Positions 51,394 through 64,000 of a DNA stretch of 64,000 bases are shown here, in pieces. Under the pieces are notes generated by a model. That model had not been told where the DNA came from. It saw only the letters and a program-made list of their open reading frames with translations, and made no database searches. The position numbers and the translations under genes were made by a program. Location of the stretch: NCBI GenBank assembly GCA_951406725.2, contig OX597831.1, positions 12,896,001-12,960,000 of the forward strand. The letters are read 5' to 3'. Within the stretch, counting starts at the first letter, position 1. Every line of letters begins with the position of its first letter. This stretch comes from Octopus vulgaris. Its lineage: Eukaryota.

Positions 51394-51529
51394 ATATGCA
51401 TGTATGTATATATATGTGTGTGTATGTATATATACATGTGTATGTATCTATGTATATATATATGTGTATGTATGTATGTAGGTATAAATATATATATGTG
51501 GAGAAAAACAACTACTTTTAAATCTCCCT

Positions 51530-51583
<54 letters not shown>

Positions 51584-51739
51584 ATAAATATTAGGGAATG
51601 AATCCAAAATTACAGGGAAAAATCAGATTTAGGGTTAAATCCAATTTTATAGTAAAATATTATATAATATAATTCGAGACAAGTGGTTTTGTCTCGAATT
51701 ATATTATATATATATATATATATATAAAATACATACATA

Positions 51740-52370
51740 CATAAGAAAGATTCTGTTCGTTTGTGTGTTTGTTCGTTTGGTTGTCCTCCAAAATGAAAGT
51801 AAATGGTTCGAGGGAAGCTCCTATGCTTTTTCTATATCACTTATTATGTATTGCCTAATTTGTCTCAACAAAAATTATGCAATGGTACCACACTAATTGT
51901 GCACAACCTATGAGGAACTGCATTGAGGCAAATATTCTCAATGTTAGTGGTAAATGTGACACCGTCTTCGTTCCTCGCATACCAATCATACCAGTTTCTG
52001 GAGAGATTACATTTTTTCTTTGGTGGCATATTATTTTCAATATTATAAACCAAAAATTAAGAAAAATAGAAGAAATTATCCAGTAATCTCTATTATTGTA
52101 AGCAGTTGCATGTATGTGTTATATAATCGGTGTTACAGCATTAATAGATAAAATAACACATACAACTCACTTATTATTGTCCTATAATAAACAAACAGTA
52201 GCTCATGTTTAAAATTGGTTTTTTTTTTCTACTTTTGTTATTACATATTTTTCTTTTATAAAAATACACACATACTGGAGGAGTAAATTATATATATAAC
52301 AATACTTTGAATGTGGCTCCTGAGAAACAGTAAAAGTAAATACTCGATCAACGACGGGTATTACTGCTAG
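51740..52370 (+). mobile_element. Degenerate Helitron
   Basis: 3' end ACTCGATCAACGACGGGTATTACTGCTAG|T (hairpin plus CTAG); 5' GTTT-type repeats; 5' boundary uncertain. Confidence 0.6.
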
Positions 52371-52393
52371 TGTGTGTGTACATATATATACAT

Positions 52394-52505
<112 letters not shown>

Positions 52506-53917
52506 CGAAGGGTTTTCACACAGTTTCCGTCTACAAAATTCATTCACAAGACACTGGTCAGCCCGGATCTATTGTAGTAGAGACACTTTTCTAAGTTGCC
52601 CGGCTGTGAGACTGAACCCGAAACCGCATCGTTACAAACTGAAGGTCTTAAACAAAACAGCTATAAATGCAACAACAACAACAACAACAACAATATTCAA
52701 ACAAAAATTTTTTTGAAGATGCCGAACAAAAACAAATAATTATACAGCATCAAGAGGAATGCTGTCTTTGAAGAAACTTCTGAGACATTGGAGAAATAGA
52801 TTAAAGGAATTTCAAGCAGAATGAATAGTCTAAGTTAACTGATAGAGGTCAAGCTCACAAGTCGGCCACGGCTGAGAAAGAATGGTGCAGTATGGGTACT
52901 TGGAAGTGGTCAAAGTGAGAATTATGTAGTTGATAGAATCATTTGGATCTTTGTGCAAAAATTCAAGAACAGCAGTTCTCAACCGGGGTCGATATGGTTC
53001 TTTTGGTCCACATAAGATTTTGTTGTTCATTTATCTGCTATAGATTGATTATATTTTGCTGTGCATGGGCGAGTCATACTGCCTTAGTATCTTATTTCTT
53101 TATTGCCCACAAGGGGCTAAACATAGAAGGGAAAACAAGGACAGACAAAGGATTTAAGTCGATAACATAAATCCCAGTGCGTAACTGGTACTTAATTTAT
53201 CGACACCGAAAGGATGTCAGTGGATGTTGACTCTCAACATCGAGTTTGTTAGATGTTAAGGCACCAAGGCAGTATGACTCTCTCCAAACACAACAAAATT
53301 TGTTTCAACACACCAATTCGCATAAAGAATCTTGCAAACCAGATACAAAAACGAAATAAATTGATTATACTTTTACGGATGCGCATAATATTTTAATACT
53401 TATTTGTATACAATTCCCATTAATATACATTTATAGAAATAAAATAGGATTTTTCAAGCACCGAACGTCTAGGGGGATCCATCCGAGTAAAACAGGAATC
53501 AAAGGGTCCATAGGTTAAGAAGCGGTTTGCAAGAAGGACGAAATGTTGGATTTGACGTGATGGTCATGGTTGATGTACAAAGTTTATGAGACAGTATGGT
53601 TTAGCATTTCAACAGAGAACGATCATTGCACAAACAGTGCTTGCTGGTGTAGAATCTTATCAGATGCTAATGTTACACCAATTTGTAATAAGAAATCAGC
53701 AGAAGACATTCTACTGGTTATCATGAACTGGAAACCTGACTAAAACACCTCTGAAACTTGATACGGCAGAGAGACGAATGGCGAACGAAGTGGAAGACAA
53801 AACACTGTTCTTAAAAAATATTGCACAATAAATAAATAAATAAAAACAGAAGAAAAAAGAACCGAAAAATATATTTTTCTGAAAAGTATTTATATTTTAC
53901 TCAATCAGAAAACTAGC

Positions 53918-54027
<110 letters not shown>

Positions 54028-54177
54028 TTTCGGTTCAAATGGCTTCTGTATGTGATCGTCTAATGTGACAAAGAAATAACAACGAAATTTTTTCCAAATT
54101 AGACGATAGCACCGGGTCGACCAATTCCTTGTTAATGTATTAATAGGCGGAAACTGCGTGGAAGCTTGTTGTGTGAG

Positions 54178-54204
<27 letters not shown>

Positions 54205-54208
<4 letters not shown>

Positions 54209-54405
54209 TTTTATTCTTTCTTTTATTTGTTTCAGTCATTTGACTGCGGCCATGCTGGAGCACCGCCTTTAGTCAAGCAAATCGACCTCAGGACTTATTC
54301 TTTGTAAGCCTAGTACTTATTCTATCAGTCTCTTTTGCCGAACCGCTAAGTTACGGGGACGCAAACAGGCCACCATCGGTTGTCAAGCGATGGTGGGGGA
54401 CAAAC
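54205..54405 (-). mobile_element. SINE family A, 3' half
   Basis: Family tail. Confidence 0.85.
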
Positions 54406-54554
54406 ATAGCATAAATTGGATAATGTAAGTCTTTATTTTGTCTTAAAACAAAATGGCGAGATAAAGACTAGAAACTGTTTTTGACTCGTGAATCTTTCTG
54501 GTCAGGATTGACCGAGTGTTAAATGACGACCATGACGACTAGAATTAACAAAAT

Positions 54555-54816
54555 ACTCGTTCCGATCCGTGGCTTATTTGCTGCGTTCGCGATGCTTTAT
54601 CAACGAAATTGGTGGTGGAAATTTTAGTGAAGAATTTCTTCGCCTTTGAAGGCCAAGAACTTGTTTGGCGTGGGATCAAAGAACTGGCCGATAGGTGGCT
54701 TCCGACTGTGCAAGACAATGGCTTCTAGACTTTGAATGCGTGGCCGCTTTTGTTGTAACTTGACGAATAAAGCAAATAAGTTACTAAAACTTTGCAAAAA
54801 TTTTGACTCAATTGGT
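54555..54816 (+). pseudogene. mariner transposase 3' remnant
   Basis: EEFFAF...WRGIKELADRWLPTVQDNG matches the mariner C-terminus (FF......RGI..L..RW). Confidence 0.65.
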
Positions 54817-55364
54817 AAATAAAATGAATTAAAATAAAGATTATTCTCGTCAACTAACAACTCGTAAATTTGAAATTGTTAAGAAAAAAGGAAACAAAAG
54901 ATGAGATTGCTGATGTGGTTTGAAATTTTGTATGTGAACAAGATGGAGGTAAGCAGTTGCGTTGGATGTACAAATATCGCTCTTTCTCATCTATTCACGA
55001 TGCATTCACAACAAAGACAATGCAACACTTGCAACAAGGGCATAAATAATTAATCAAACAAAGCTATAGAATCAGTTGTTAACGGACCAAACATGGGGGA
55101 GGGGGTCCTCACATAAAAACAACAGCAACTTCAGATCGCTCACATAAATTACAATTTGTGCAAATATGCATACAAACACATGGCCTAGTGTTCATCAGGA
55201 TGCATTCGCGATCGCAAGATCGTGGTTTCGAGTTCCGGACTGGTTGAGGTTTTGAGCTAAGCACTTCATGTACATTATTTTCATTATTTACATTATTTAC
55301 ATTCGATGGATTTTGGTCTTCGTCTTGTTTGTTGTTCACACAACGTTTCGGCTGATATTATCAC

Positions 55365-55497
55365 TCAGGTCACTGTCTGGAATCGAACTCGGAATCTTGG
55401 GGTTAGTAGCTCGCGCTCTTAACCACTACGCCACATGACCGTGGTTAAGAGCGCGGGCTACAAACCCCAAGATCCTGAGTTCCATTCCAGGCAGTGA

Positions 55498-55502
<5 letters not shown>
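55365..55502. repeat. Palindrome of two head-to-head tRNA-like units
   Basis: 55365-55426 is the reverse complement of 55441-55502; minus unit GTGGCGTAGTGGTTAAGAGCGCGAGCTACTAACCCCAAGATTCCGAGTTCGATTCC. Confidence 0.85.
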
Positions 55503-55563
<61 letters not shown>

Positions 55564-55588
55564 TGATGATGATAATAATAATAATAAT

Positions 55589-56003
55589 AGGCGCAGGAGT
55601 GGCTGTGTGGTAAGTAGCTTGCTAACCAACCACATGGTTCCGGGTTCAGTCCCACTGCGTGGCACCTTGGGCAAGTGTCTTCTGCTATAGCCCCGGACCG
55701 ACCAATGCCTTGTGAGTGGATTTGGTAGGCGGAAACTGAAAGAAGCCCGTCGTATATATGTATATATATATATATGTGTGTGCGTGTATGTTTGTGTGTC
55801 TGTGTTTGTCCCCCTAGCATTGCTTGACAACCGATGCTGGTGTGTTTACGTTCCCGTTACTTAGCGGTTCGGCAAAAGAGACCGATAGAATAAGTACTGG
55901 GCTTACAAAAGAATAAGTCCCGGGGTCGAGTTGCTCGATTAAAGGCGGTGCTCCAGCATGGCCGCAGTCAAATGACTGAAACAAGTAAAAGAGTAAAAGA
56001 GTA
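55589..56003 (+). mobile_element. SINE family A (young, full length)
   Basis: Near-identical to 904-1340. Confidence 0.92.
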
Positions 56004-56767
56004 AATAATAATAATAAGAAGAAAATGTCAAAATTGTAGAACCTACATCTGGCATGTACATCCTTTTTTCGAGAAGCAAACCGCATGAGATATTTTCTCA
56101 TGAAGCGGGTCGTACTATGAAAAATTTTCAAGGTAATTTTTTGTTGGCTCATTTTGCGCATATCAATCCCCCACACTATGAACACTGTTAGCATAGTGAT
56201 AAACATACGTGAGTTGTTGATTACTAAACGGAAGTTGCTATAAAGAGCGGCATCACTATCGAAACAATATCATTCCCATGGTACTTGTCTACTATAAACG
56301 GCAATAGCGAATAGGGGAACGCCTAGAAGTATAAATGGACTCAGGAAGTCTTTTGTTCCAAGGAAATTCTAAGAGATGAGTCAGGAGAAGGAGTGAAAGA
56401 GAGAGGGGGGAGGCAAGGGAGAGAAAGAGAGAGATTGTTATTAATCCAAACAAGTGGAGGAATAGAAGAAATGAAACTGAAAATGCGTTGAGAATAAATT
56501 AGAATTAATTAGCATTTAATTATATTTTAAAATATAGGAATTCACTTGACCGGTTTCACATTGGATTTTCAAAAGTATGTGGTGTATGGAGCTGTGTCTC
56601 GAATTCTGTCTGTTCTGGCCGTTGTTATAAAAATAGTTTGTTTTTAAAGAAGGAATGTGGCTCAAAATTAATTGGTCAACGCTGATGTATTAAGCCACAC
56701 ACACACACACATATATATATGTACATACGTACATACATATACATACACACACACACATATATACACA

Positions 56768-56808
<41 letters not shown>

Positions 56809-56845
56809 TAATATATTTTCACATACATATATACATGCATATATA

Positions 56846-57077
56846 TTCTTTTATTCTTTTACTTGTTTCAGCCATTTGTCTGCGGCCATACTGCAGCACC
56901 ACCTTTAGTCGAACAAACCGACCTCAGAACCTATTCTTTATAGGCCTAGTACTTATTCTATCGGTCTCTTTTGCCGAACCGCTATGTTTCGGGGACGTAA
57001 ACACACCAACATCGGTTGTCAAGCGATGCTGGGGTGGGGGGACAAACACAGATACAGAAATCTATACATACATACAC

Positions 57078-57114
<37 letters not shown>

Positions 57115-57270
57115 CACGACGGGCTTCTTTTAGTTTCCGTCTACCAAATTACAAGTCTTTGCCTGATGTTATAGTACAAGGCACTTGCCCTAGGTGTCAT
57201 ACAGTGAGACTGAACCTGGAACCATGTGGTTGGGAAGCAAGCTTCTTACCGCACAGCCACGCCTGCGCCT
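56846..57270 (-). mobile_element. SINE family A
   Basis: Reverse complement of the family consensus. Confidence 0.9.
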
Positions 57271-57611
57271 ATATTACAATATAAATATATACAAGTACAT
57301 ATACACACATGTATGCATACATATATATTATTATACATACCAATATACATTTAGAATTTAGAATTCTCCATTCCTTGTTATGCTTTCATAATATTCTCTG
57401 GTCTTCTGCATGAAATCCTTCGAAGCAAACTCAGGATTTACCAATCGAAAGGAAGACAATTATAATTGTTTATTCTCAACAATTCTAAATGTTTCCTGAT
57501 ATTCAATGTGGTTAGCCAAGTTTGGATTAAAAATAAATTGCTCGTAAGATATCTGATTCGATTTCTGGCATATCGAATTTTAGAGGGGTATATATCCCTA
57601 TTCCTTTGTGG

Positions 57612-57954
57612 TGTATGTATGAATGTATGTATGTATGTATGTATGTATGTACGTATGTATGTATGCATGTACGTACGTGGTTGTCTGTATGTAGGTATGT
57701 ATCTATGTATGTATCTGTCTGTCTGTATGTCTGTTTGCCTGTTGGTCAGTCTGTCTGTCTGTATGTATGTATGTATGCATGCATCTTTGTATATTTCTGT
57801 CTGTCTGTCCGTCTGTGTGTCTGTCTGTCTGTCGGTCTGTGTGTCTCTCTGTATGTATGTACATATGTATGTATGTATGTATGTATGTATCTATCTATCC
57901 TCTATGTTTCTATCTATCTATCTGTCTGCTTATCTATCTCTCTGTCGGTCTGTC

Positions 57955-57986
<32 letters not shown>

Positions 57987-58112
57987 TGTATGTATGTATG
58001 CATATATGCATGTATGCATGTATGTATATAGCTATTTGTCTATCTGTTTCTATCTATCTGTCTGTATGTCTGTCTGTATGTATGTATGCATGCATGTATG
58101 TATGTGTGTGTG
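57612..58112. repeat. Compound (TATG)n/(TCTG)n/(TCTA)n tetranucleotide field
   Basis: Direct reading. Confidence 0.9.
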
Positions 58113-58419
58113 TTAGCATGCATGCAGGTATATGTAACTCCATGCTGGAGATTTGCACATGTTTCATAATAACAATTGGAGCACAACTCAGTGAAATCCG
58201 CGCGTGCAAATTATATTTCGTTTTGGCCTCTAGGTTTGTTTGTTTGCTCCGAGAGTGATTATTTAATGTTTTAAAAACCGCGAAATTGATTTATTTGTTC
58301 AAAAAACCCATCCATCCAAGCTGAATATATAGAATGTCATTGAGGCGAAGTTTTTGAAATGACGAAATTGTTCACCGTGTAAGAAATAAATGTCAACAGA
58401 CTGGGATAGGATTGCGGAA

Positions 58420-58783
58420 TAACGACGAGGTCAATGACGACGACGGCGACGATAGCCACGGCGATGATGACGGCGACGACGATGGCGACGACGGTGGCGA
58501 CGACGGTGACAGCGATGACGACGACGGCGACGACGACGACGACAACGACGACAGCGATGACGATGACGACGGCGGCGGCGACGACAACGGCGGAGATGAA
58601 GATGGCGACGACGGAGATGAAGACAACGAAGAGAACGAAGACGATGACTATGACGACGACTCTGGTGACGAAGGCGACGAGGACAGCGATGAACACGAGG
58701 ACAGCAACAACAAGAATACCACCACCACCACCACCACCACTACCACCACCACCACTACCACCACCACCACTACCACCACCACC
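58420..58783. repeat. Degenerate (GAC/GAT/GGC)n followed by (ACC)n trinucleotide repeat
   Basis: Direct reading; open in several frames, as expected for a triplet repeat. Confidence 0.85.
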
Positions 58784-59865
58784 ATTTTCCATACCTTCTA
58801 GGGATAAGCAAATAAGCAAATAAGAAATAACAGTTACTTCTTAAGGGCAAGATTTGTGCTAAACAGTGTGATCAGGGATCTGCCGGATTAGGGCTGATAA
58901 AGAGTTAAACAGCATCCACAACCTTTCATAGGATTTGCCTGAAATCAAGACTCCTTTTTCAGCTCTCGCTGTCTTATGCAGGGGTCAGCCGAGTGGTCAG
59001 TATTGACCTATAGGGGCTGTCCAATAATAATAATAGTAATGATGATGATGATGATAATATTTGTTTCAAATTTTGGCACAAGGTCAGCAATTTAGGGGAA
59101 GAGGATAAGTCAATTAAATCGACCCAACTCCTCTATTGCTACTTAATTTATCGACCTCGAAGGGATGAAAGGCAAAGTCGACCTCGGAGGAATCTGAACT
59201 CAAGACGGGTGAAATGTTGCTGAGCACTTCACCCGGTGTGCTAGCGATTCGGTCAGCTCGCCGATTGAAACTACGAAGTAATTATTGTTTTCATATAGAG
59301 AACATTTTTATACCAATTATAGTTTTCCATTTTATTTTAGAAATTTACACATTGGGAGTCGGTAATTTTTAAATGATTCCATGAAGTGGGTCAGTGGCAT
59401 AAGAATTTTGCTGAGTCCCGGTGTAAGGATATTTAAAATGTGAATGAATGACTCATCGCAAATGAAATGTTCTGTACTCAGCCCGTTCGTCCTCTTCCAT
59501 TGTATTAGCTTTTTTATCATATTCAAAACAAAAATGCTATATCTTGCCAAAGATGGTAGCATGATCAATGAGCTTGCAGCAGAGCCGGGCTCGTCCTATA
59601 CGCAACAGCAAGTGTCCGACACAAAAACCTGTGGTAAACGATCTTCTTAGTATAGCCGGAAAACGAATATTGGAAAAATGATCAATAATATTCGATCCGA
59701 AAGTCCTCTGAAAAAGGCTGTTCAGTTAATCGTCAACAATTATGCTTTTCTATTGTAAAACTGTTGAATCTGAGAAGACTTCATATAATTTGTTTAAACT
59801 GAGAAATGTATTTTACGCCGTGCGAAGAAGAGAACACTACAAATTCGCCCCCAATAAATCCTGTA

Positions 59866-60272
59866 GGCATGAGCTGGCAGACACGTTAGCGCGCCGGGCG
59901 AAATGCGTAGCCGTATTTCGTCTGCCGTTACGTTCTGAGTTCAAATTCAGCCAAGGTCGACTTTGCCTTTCATCCTTTCGAGGTCGTTTAAATAAGTACC
60001 AGTTACGCACTGGGGTCGATATAATCGACTTAATCCGTTTGTCTGTCCTTGTTTGTCTCCTCTGTGTTTAGCCCCTTGTGGGTACTAAAGAAATACGTAT
60101 TTCGACTGTCGTTACGTTCTGAGTTCAAATTCCGCCGAGGTCGACTTTGCCTTTCATCCTTTCGGGATCGATAAATTAAGTACAAGTTTCGCACTGGGGT
60201 CGATGTAATCGACTTAATCCCTTTGTCTGTCCTTGTTTGTCTCTATGTTTAGCCCCTTGTGGGCAATAAAGA
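59866..60272 (+). mobile_element. SINE family B dimer
   Basis: Head plus two cores; another copy on the minus strand at 59062-59263. Confidence 0.88.
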
Positions 60273-61174
60273 AAAGAAATATAAAAATATATAATTCCCA
60301 AATGAATATATAATGAAAAACTTCTTTCACTCTATCTAATTTTAGCTATTTAATTGGCATCTCGTCCTAACCCCCATCAAATTGCCACGAAGAACCAGGC
60401 GTCGAGAACTTAAACAGATCCTGTTTCATGTACTTATGAAGCTTTTGTCTAATGCAGATATAAGGATCCGATGTTTCCTGATGAATTCTCTAGCCCTTTA
60501 TCATTCCATGTGCTTCCGTTTTGAAACGACTATGACGTCATTTGTAAATGGAGCGAAGGGCCATCGACAAACAAAACGGCGTTGTTAGGTACCTATTTAT
60601 ACTTATTAAATACCACAGTATAAACAACACTTGAAGATGGGATGGTTGCAGTTCGAAAAAACACCGGAAACCGATTGGTGACGCTTTTTTAACGTCTGCC
60701 GGTAAATTCAGGAGTAATTGTCAGATTTAGGGCGCCGGTGTCTGGAAATATTCGTTTTGCGGATTTTTGTGAAAAGCTCCGATCCATCCTGCTTTTCTTA
60801 GGCAAAAATATAACTCCTAGTTTCCAAAAAGGAAAACAGTTAAAAAAAAAAAAAAGAGAGAAGCCCCAACATGTTGCTCTCTCCTCTCAATACTTGCACT
60901 GCCCCAAGGACTGAGAATCCATACTGCGCTTTATTGATGTGTTCCTTGCGGACCTCGGACTTCGGACTTTTCCTAAACTTTTTTTCTCAAACGTAATGCA
61001 TTTTCGAGCCGCTGAGTAATTGATGGCCCTGGTGGGCTTTGAACACCGATCACAAAGAACCTGATGAATACCGCAAGGCATCCGACCTGTTGTTCTTACA
61101 GCACTACCAGTCCCACCGCTTTGGTTTGATACATCAGACCGGATACCTTGCGATATTTGTTCCGGTTCTTTGCG

Positions 61175-61499
61175 TTCAAATTTCGCCGAGGTCGACTTTG
61201 CCTTTCATCCTTTCGGGGTCGATTAAATAAGTATCAGTTACGCACTGGGGTCGATATAATCGACTTAATCCGTTTGTCTGTTCTTGTTTGTACTCTCTGT
61301 GTTTAGCCCCTTGTGGGTAGTAAAGAAATAGGTATTTCGTCTGCCGCTACGTTCTGAGTTGACTTTGCCTTTCATCCTTTCGGGGTCGATTAAATAAGTA
61401 CCAGTTACGTACTGGGGTCGATATAATCGACTTAATCCGTTTGTCTGTCCTTGTTTGTCCTCTCTGTGTTTAGCCCCTTGTGGGTAGTAAAGAAATAGG
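61175..61499 (+). mobile_element. SINE family B dimer (headless)
   Basis: Two cores ending GGGTAGTAAAGAAATAGGT. Confidence 0.85.
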
Positions 61500-62405
61500 T
61501 TTGATACTTATATATTTTATCGATCCCCCCCCCCCCACAAAAATAAAATTAAGGCAAAGTTGAACGCGGCAAGATTTGAACACAGAACGCAAAGAACCGG
61601 AACAAATATCTGGTGTTTTTTTACAGTTCCATCCATCCATCGCACTGGATTGATATTTATCTTTTTATGATGATTTAAACGGAAGAAAAGCAAAATTGAC
61701 CACGTCAGGGGTTGAAACAGAGCGTAGAGGGTCGGAATAAATACCACAAAACATTCTGTCCAATGCTTTAACAACTCCGCCAAAGTGTCCGTAGAAAAAA
61801 AAAAGTGGACTATTAAACAAAATGACCGATCCTTGCTGTAGGGGTACTTTTACTCCCAAATTTAAAATTAAAAAAATGTCTGGTGTGTGATTCAGTATTT
61901 CGTTGAAATTCTGCAGTATTGATAAAATAAGTGCCACCCGTCACATCCTTATAGCCTTGTTTTATAAAATATTGGATTTGTGCCAAAGTCAGAAATGATT
62001 TTCATTAATCATTTTCTCTGCAATTGTGTAAATCTTCACCGACAAGCAATTAGCCAAATCCCATGTTGTTGGGTCAATAATTCATCTGTCCGAATGCTTA
62101 GGTCAATAACCATTCCATTCAAATTATATTTCATATCCAGCAACAGCAACAGCAGCAACAACAACAGCAACAACAACACCAACAACAGCAACAATAACTC
62201 TTCAAATACTAAATTATGCATTATATCGCTCACTTTTCTACGAGCCCTTTCATGGGTTCCGACTCCCTTGGTAATTGAAACACAAAGAATATTTTTATTC
62301 TTTCTCTTTTTCACTCACAGAAACATGCACAGATTCTGTTTATTCTTTTTTTACAGATTTCCCTCTTTGGATTGAGGCCAGTGTTGTCTACAAAAGATTG
62401 TAGTC

Positions 62406-62436
<31 letters not shown>

Positions 62437-62438
62437 GC

Positions 62439-62652
62439 TAAGGTGGCAAGCTGGCAGAATCGTTAGCACGCCGGGCGAAATGCTTAGCGGCACTTCGTCT
62501 GTCTACACGTTCTGATTTCAAATTCCGCCGGGGGCGACTTTGCTTTTAGCCTTGTCGGATCGATAAATTAAGTACCAGTGAAACACTGGGGGTCGCTGTA
62601 ATCGACTAGTTCCCTCCCACCAAATTTCAGGCCTTCTGCCTTTAGTAGAAAG
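62439..62652 (+). mobile_element. SINE family B (full length)
   Basis: Head follows (ATT)n; tail GGCCTT.TGCC..TAGTAGAAAGG. Confidence 0.88.
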
Positions 62653-63495
62653 GATCATTAAAATAATAACTATTATCATTTCATTTACACACAACAGATT
62701 AGACTGTTGCAAAAAGAAAATTCAAACATCGGACTACAACAAGCAATCTTAGATGCCAAGAACCTTCTTAAGTATCCTAGTTGCCCTTAATAATACCGTT
62801 TTCAGCTACTACTACTACTACTACTAGATTTTCTTCCTTCAATTTTGCGTCCACTCCTTGCCGAGTGTCTTCTCTATACCTAAGGTAATGAAACTCACTT
62901 CATACATTGGTAGGCCATGAAAATAAACACACTAAATTGTTCATTTACAAAGTCCAGTAATGTGAAAGAAGAAAAAAGGAAGAGAAAGTGAAAAACGAAT
63001 CGCGCAGGTCACATGCATTGAGAAGAACATTGTTCGCCCAGCGACAAAGAGCTTCTCGGTACACGTGACGTACCAGTTGGAACAATATTTTGCACTTCTT
63101 GTTACCTTTTGCATTCATCTCTGGCCTTTGTTCTCAGGTTGAAAGCGAGGTTAGTGACCGGAAAGTTGACTGGTTTTACACACATCGGTGTTGGTGCGTA
63201 GTTTGAAATAAAAATTAGACCATTCATTCTGCAAATAACCGGGACCACTCGAAACTTCAGTCACTCGATCGTTGCTGCTCTGTGCATTTAATTTTATACA
63301 AAAGTGCACAATCTTTCTAAATAAACTTCGAGATGTATTAACTATATGAATGCATACATGCACACACACACACACATATGAAATAAACTGCCTGGCTTAA
63401 AGTTACAAAGCGCACATCAATCTGGAAGCTAAGGACACAACCTTATGATGGTGAGACGAACGTATACTCACGTATATACGTATATTCTTAAAAAG

Positions 63496-63812
63496 ACTCC
63501 GCCAGTTACGACGACGAGGGTCCCAGCTGATACGATCAACGGAACAGCTTGCTCGTGAAATTAACGTGCAAATGGCTGAGCATTCCACAGACACGTGTAC
63601 CCTTAACGTAGTTCTCTGGGATAATCAGCGTGACACAGAGAGTGACAAGGCTGACCCTTTGAAATACAAGTACAACTCATTTTTGCCAGCTGAGTGGACT
63701 GGAGCAACGTGAAATAAAGTGTCTTGCTCAAGGACACAACGCGTCGCCGGGAATCGAACTCACAACCTTACGATCATGAGCCGAATGCCCTAACCACTAA
63801 GCCACGCGCCCT
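63496..63812 (-). mobile_element. SINE family C (full length)
   Basis: Reverse complement of 38421-38740. Confidence 0.9.
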
Positions 63813-63923
63813 CTATACGTATATACATATGTACATACGTACATATATACATGTGTACGTATAAACATATGTACTTACGTATATACATATGTACGTATAT
63901 ACACATATACGTATATACATATG

Positions 63924-63967
<44 letters not shown>

Positions 63968-64000
63968 CATCTCTTTTACTTGCTTTAGTCATTAGACTGC

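Noticed and set aside
58412-58801. Asp-rich ORF resembling an acidic matrix protein
   Set aside because: Degenerate triplet repeat open in several frames on both strands, with no signal peptide or clear splice context.

Overview
Eukaryotic, AT-rich, microsatellite-saturated non-coding DNA. The repeat inventory suggests a coleoid cephalopod, most likely an octopus; this is an inference. No intact protein-coding gene is recognisable, and nearly all listed ORFs are microsatellite or SINE read-throughs. The window is a mosaic of at least three tRNA-derived SINE families and 3' ends of RTE and CR1/L2-type LINEs. It also holds Penelope-like element (PLE) fragments, TTAA piggyBac-type MITEs, hAT MITEs, three non-autonomous Helitrons, mariner remnants and a Chapaev3-type transposon with intact ends. 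The most notable signal is a set of minimal type-I hammerhead ribozyme motifs in PLE-like terminal repeats (36.7, 37.9-38.1, 43.6 and 49.7 kb, plus variants), several in inverted or tandem pairs next to (TA)n tracts. Most repeat copies left of about 22 kb are CpG-decayed while those to the right keep CpG. This fits a methylated body of a minus-strand gene whose candidate first exon ends at a GTAAGT donor at 29165. Coordinates were read by eye, and fragment boundaries are approximate.
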